DNA from: Vampirovibrionales bacterium
Lineage (GTDB): Bacteria > Cyanobacteriota > Vampirovibrionia > Vampirovibrionales > Vampirovibrionaceae
DNA: 64,000 nt
Direction: 5' to 3'
NCBI GenBank assembly: GCA_035285165.1
Contig: JAYKHP010000027.1
Span: 10,169-74,168, forward strand
A program made the position numbers and the translations under genes. Under the pieces are notes generated by a model, which searched no databases, was not told the DNA's origin, and saw nothing but the letters and a program-made list of their open reading frames with translations. Shown here piece after piece: positions 61,915 through 64,000 of this stretch (the stretch's first letter is position 1; every line of letters starts with the position of its first letter).

Positions 61915-62295
61915 ATGAGTACCTATCATAACAAGCAAGCCCGCCTTTCCAACGGTCATGGCTTTGGCAAAGAACAAGCCGTCGGCGAATGGCTGGCAGG
62001 ACTGTTGATTATGGCTGTAGGCAGCTTCTTCTCCCCCACTTGGTGGCTTTTATCCAAGGTTATGGCCCCTTATATCGATTTTCAGGCCTTGCTTGGCAGT
62101 TCAGACCTGATCGGCGCCTATATCGACCTGATATACAAACTGAAGGCCGCTGGCCCCGAGGTGTTATTTTTTCAACTCATCCCGCTGTTAACCCTCTGTG
62201 TGCTGGCCGGTTTTATCTATTACGCTGCCTGCACCTGGGTGGGCATGCGGCTCTTCCGCCTGTATGTCTATCATCTCAGGCCCCAGATTATCTGA
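61915..62295 (+). CDS. Small membrane hypothetical protein
   Basis: Two hydrophobic segments; start placed at MSTYH (track ORF begins at TTG 61846). Confidence 0.6.
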   Translation: MSTYHNKQARLSNGHGFGKEQAVGEWLAGLLIMAVGSFFSPTWWLLSKVMAPYIDFQALLGSSDLIGAYIDLIYKLKAAGPEVLFFQLIPLLTLCVLAGFIYYAACTWVGMRLFRLYVYHLRPQII

Positions 62296-62323
62296 ATCCG
62301 GATTATCTGAATCTGGACAAATC

Positions 62324-62578
62324 TTAGTGGCCACAGCCATACTGGTAAAGCTTTGCCGGGATGCTGCCTGCAGGAATGGGGCCCCAGTCTTTAGAATCAC
62401 TCTTGTAAAGCTTATCCGTACAGTAGATCGAGTAATGCGTGGGTTGTCCACCCACCTTGACGATGGCTTCATCAGTTGGAATTTTCAGGCAGGCTGGCGG
62501 TAACGGTGGAGGATAAGCTAAGATGCTGTAAGGCGTTATCGTTACGACAAACCAAAAGAGAGTTATCCGCGAATGCCT
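62324..62578 (-). pseudogene. Start-less 84-codon frame resembling a small secreted protein (adhesin E-like C-terminal pattern)
   Basis: Hand translation RHSRITLFWFVVTITPYSILAYPPPLPPACLK...THYSIYCTDKLYKSDSKDWGPIPAGSIPAKLYQYGCGH*; TGA immediately upstream. Confidence 0.4.
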
Positions 62579-64000
62579 TCAAAGCACCAGTCTAATGTCG
62601 CCACAGTCTCCAAAAACAATACGAAAGCCGTCTGCGATTCTCTTTGGAAACTGATGGCTGATCATGGGGTGGATGCCTACTGGGTACCGTCCTCCGACGA
62701 ACATTTGAACGAATACCTGCCCGAGGCGCACAAACGGCGGGAATTTTTGACCGGCTTTACCGGCTCGGCGGGAGATGCCCTGGTTTTTAGCGAGGCGCTT
62801 ACCACATTGCTAAAAAACCTCCCGGTCAGACTTTTTGTCGATTCGCGCTATTACGAACAGGCGGATTTTGAAGTCGATTTGGAAACGGTGCATGTCAGCA
62901 GGCAGGGGTTGGAAGGGCATCCGCGCCTGATAGACACATTGCTTGCCCTTGCAAAGCAAAAGCCCGGCTTAAAGCTTGGATTTGATCCGTTTACCGTGAG
63001 CGCCCAGGCGATACAGGATCTCCAGAAACAATGTAAAAGCGCCAATATCGAATTAGTGCCGCTCGGGGAAAATTTAATTGACAGGCTTTGGCGCGAGAAC
63101 AAAAAAAATCCACGCCCCGAAGCCGCTTTAAACCCTGTATACTCTCTTCCAATAGACTATAGCGGGCGATCAACGGAAGATAAAATCAACCGCCTACAAA
63201 CACAATTGAAAGATTCAAGATGTGAGGCAACCGTCCTGACCAAGCTGGATCAGATCGCATGGCTGCTGAATTTGCGTGGGCAGGATATACCATACAATCC
63301 CGTGTTTTTGTCTTACGTGATCACGACAACGAACGATGTTTATTTCTTTTGCGAAAAAAGCCGGATTGAAAAAAGCGCGATCGACTCGTTGCCGAAAAGT
63401 GTTAAATTATTGCCTTACACGGATTACGCAAGCCAGTTACCCATTGCTTGCAAAAACAAGCGCGTGCTTTTTGACCCAAAACATGCCACGTCCGGCACGA
63501 TGAGCTTGCTCAAGCAAGCCAAGGCCATTATCGTTAAAGAAGACAACCCGGTTGAAACTGATAAGGCCATTAAGAATGCGGTTGAACTTTCCTGGATGAG
63601 AGAAGCGCATTTAAAGGCCGCCACCGGAAAAATTCGCGCCTTTCACTGGCTTGAAAAAACGTTGCAGGATAAGCCAGAATCCCTCAATGAAAAATCATTC
63701 GCCGATCAGTTGGAAGTTTTTTATTCAAAAGAGCAAGATTTTAAAGGGCTCAGCTTCAACACGATCGCGGGCTTTGGCCCCAACAGCTCTATTGTCCATT
63801 ACGGCACACCCTCAGAGACAGTCAAGCTTAAATCTGGTGGCTTGTTTCTGGTAGATTCAGGCACCCAGTATCTTGGGGGCACCACCGATGACACGCGAAC
63901 CATCATCATTGGCAAGCCTGATGAAAAACAAATACGTTGTTTTACGGCTGTTCTCAAGGCCCATATCAACTGCGCCTCGCAAATTTTTCCCAAGGGCACT
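62573..64000 (+). CDS. Xaa-Pro aminopeptidase (aminopeptidase P, M24B), 3' truncated
   Basis: Hand translation: DAYWVPSSDEHLNEY, FLTGFTGSAG, DSRYYEQA, WLLNLRGQD, IVHY and DSGTQYLGGTTDDTRT; open to the window end and absent from the track. Confidence 0.93.
   Translation, partial: MPSKHQSNVATVSKNNTKAVCDSLWKLMADHGVDAYWVPSSDEHLNEYLPEAHKRREFLTGFTGSAGDALVFSEALTTLLKNLPVRLFVDSRYYEQADFEVDLETVHVSRQGLEGHPRLIDTLLALAKQKPGLKLGFDPFTVSAQAIQDLQKQCKSANIELVPLGENLIDRLWRENKKNPRPEAALNPVYSLPIDYSGRSTEDKINRLQTQLKDSRCEATVLTKLDQIAWLLNLRGQDIPYNPVFLSYVITTTNDVYFFCEKSRIEKSAIDSLPKSVKLLPYTDYASQLPIACKNKRVLFDPKHATSGTMSLLKQAKAIIVKEDNPVETDKAIKNAVELSWMREAHLKAATGKIRAFHWLEKTLQDKPESLNEKSFADQLEVFYSKEQDFKGLSFNTIAGFGPNSSIVHYGTPSETVKLKSGGLFLVDSGTQYLGGTTDDTRTIIIGKPDEKQIRCFTAVLKAHINCASQIFPKGT

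Noticed and set aside
62595-62654. Out-of-frame mini-ORF MSPQSPKTIRKPSAILFGN* with an FG motif
   Set aside because: It lies inside the aminopeptidase P N-terminus and has no SD; likely chance, and a reminder that FG alone is weak evidence.
1580-63999. Numerous 60-210-aa antisense or alternate-frame ORFs in the track
   Set aside because: They overlap well-supported genes and show no recognisable motifs, so they are treated as shadow ORFs.

Overview
A 64-kb bacterial chromosome segment made up mostly of housekeeping genes: metG, mtaB, tatD, purB, mscS, glgX, ftsH, proS, lepA, mqnE, mqnA, rsgA, a polyprenyl synthase, ispD, thiL, thrS, argF, surE and a partial aminopeptidase P. It also carries a HlyD/ABC/TolC exporter, a BCCT transporter, an M32 carboxypeptidase, a Tat-signal SOD, a GH8 hydrolase, two TPR proteins and an isolated flhB + FliA-like sigma + membrane glycosyltransferase-like cluster. 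Futalosine-pathway genes, flhB, cyanobacteria-like gene pairs and the absence of photosynthesis genes suggest a non-photosynthetic Cyanobacteriota relative (Vampirovibrionia/Melainabacteria); this is inference only. I saw no rRNA, tRNA, CRISPR array, transposase or prophage. Reading by hand recovered ORFs missing from the supplied track (<1-425, 596-766, 11177-11344, 62324-62578, 62573->64000). The most notable signals are: (1) an identical 18-bp TATATA-ending motif upstream of orphan genes, plus small signal-peptide-less proteins with 'FG' N-termini and L-x-[VI]-x-A C-termini, possibly a regulon served by the orphan FlhB and divergent sigma; (2) a 135-bp element with perfect 34-bp inverted repeats; (3) a toxin-less tandem pair of ribbon-helix-helix genes; (4) a RacA-like protein; (5) GTCATT-type palindromic repeats, one translated as the MtaB C-terminus; (6) recurrent 15-bp tandem duplications. 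All family assignments come from motif recognition, not database searches.
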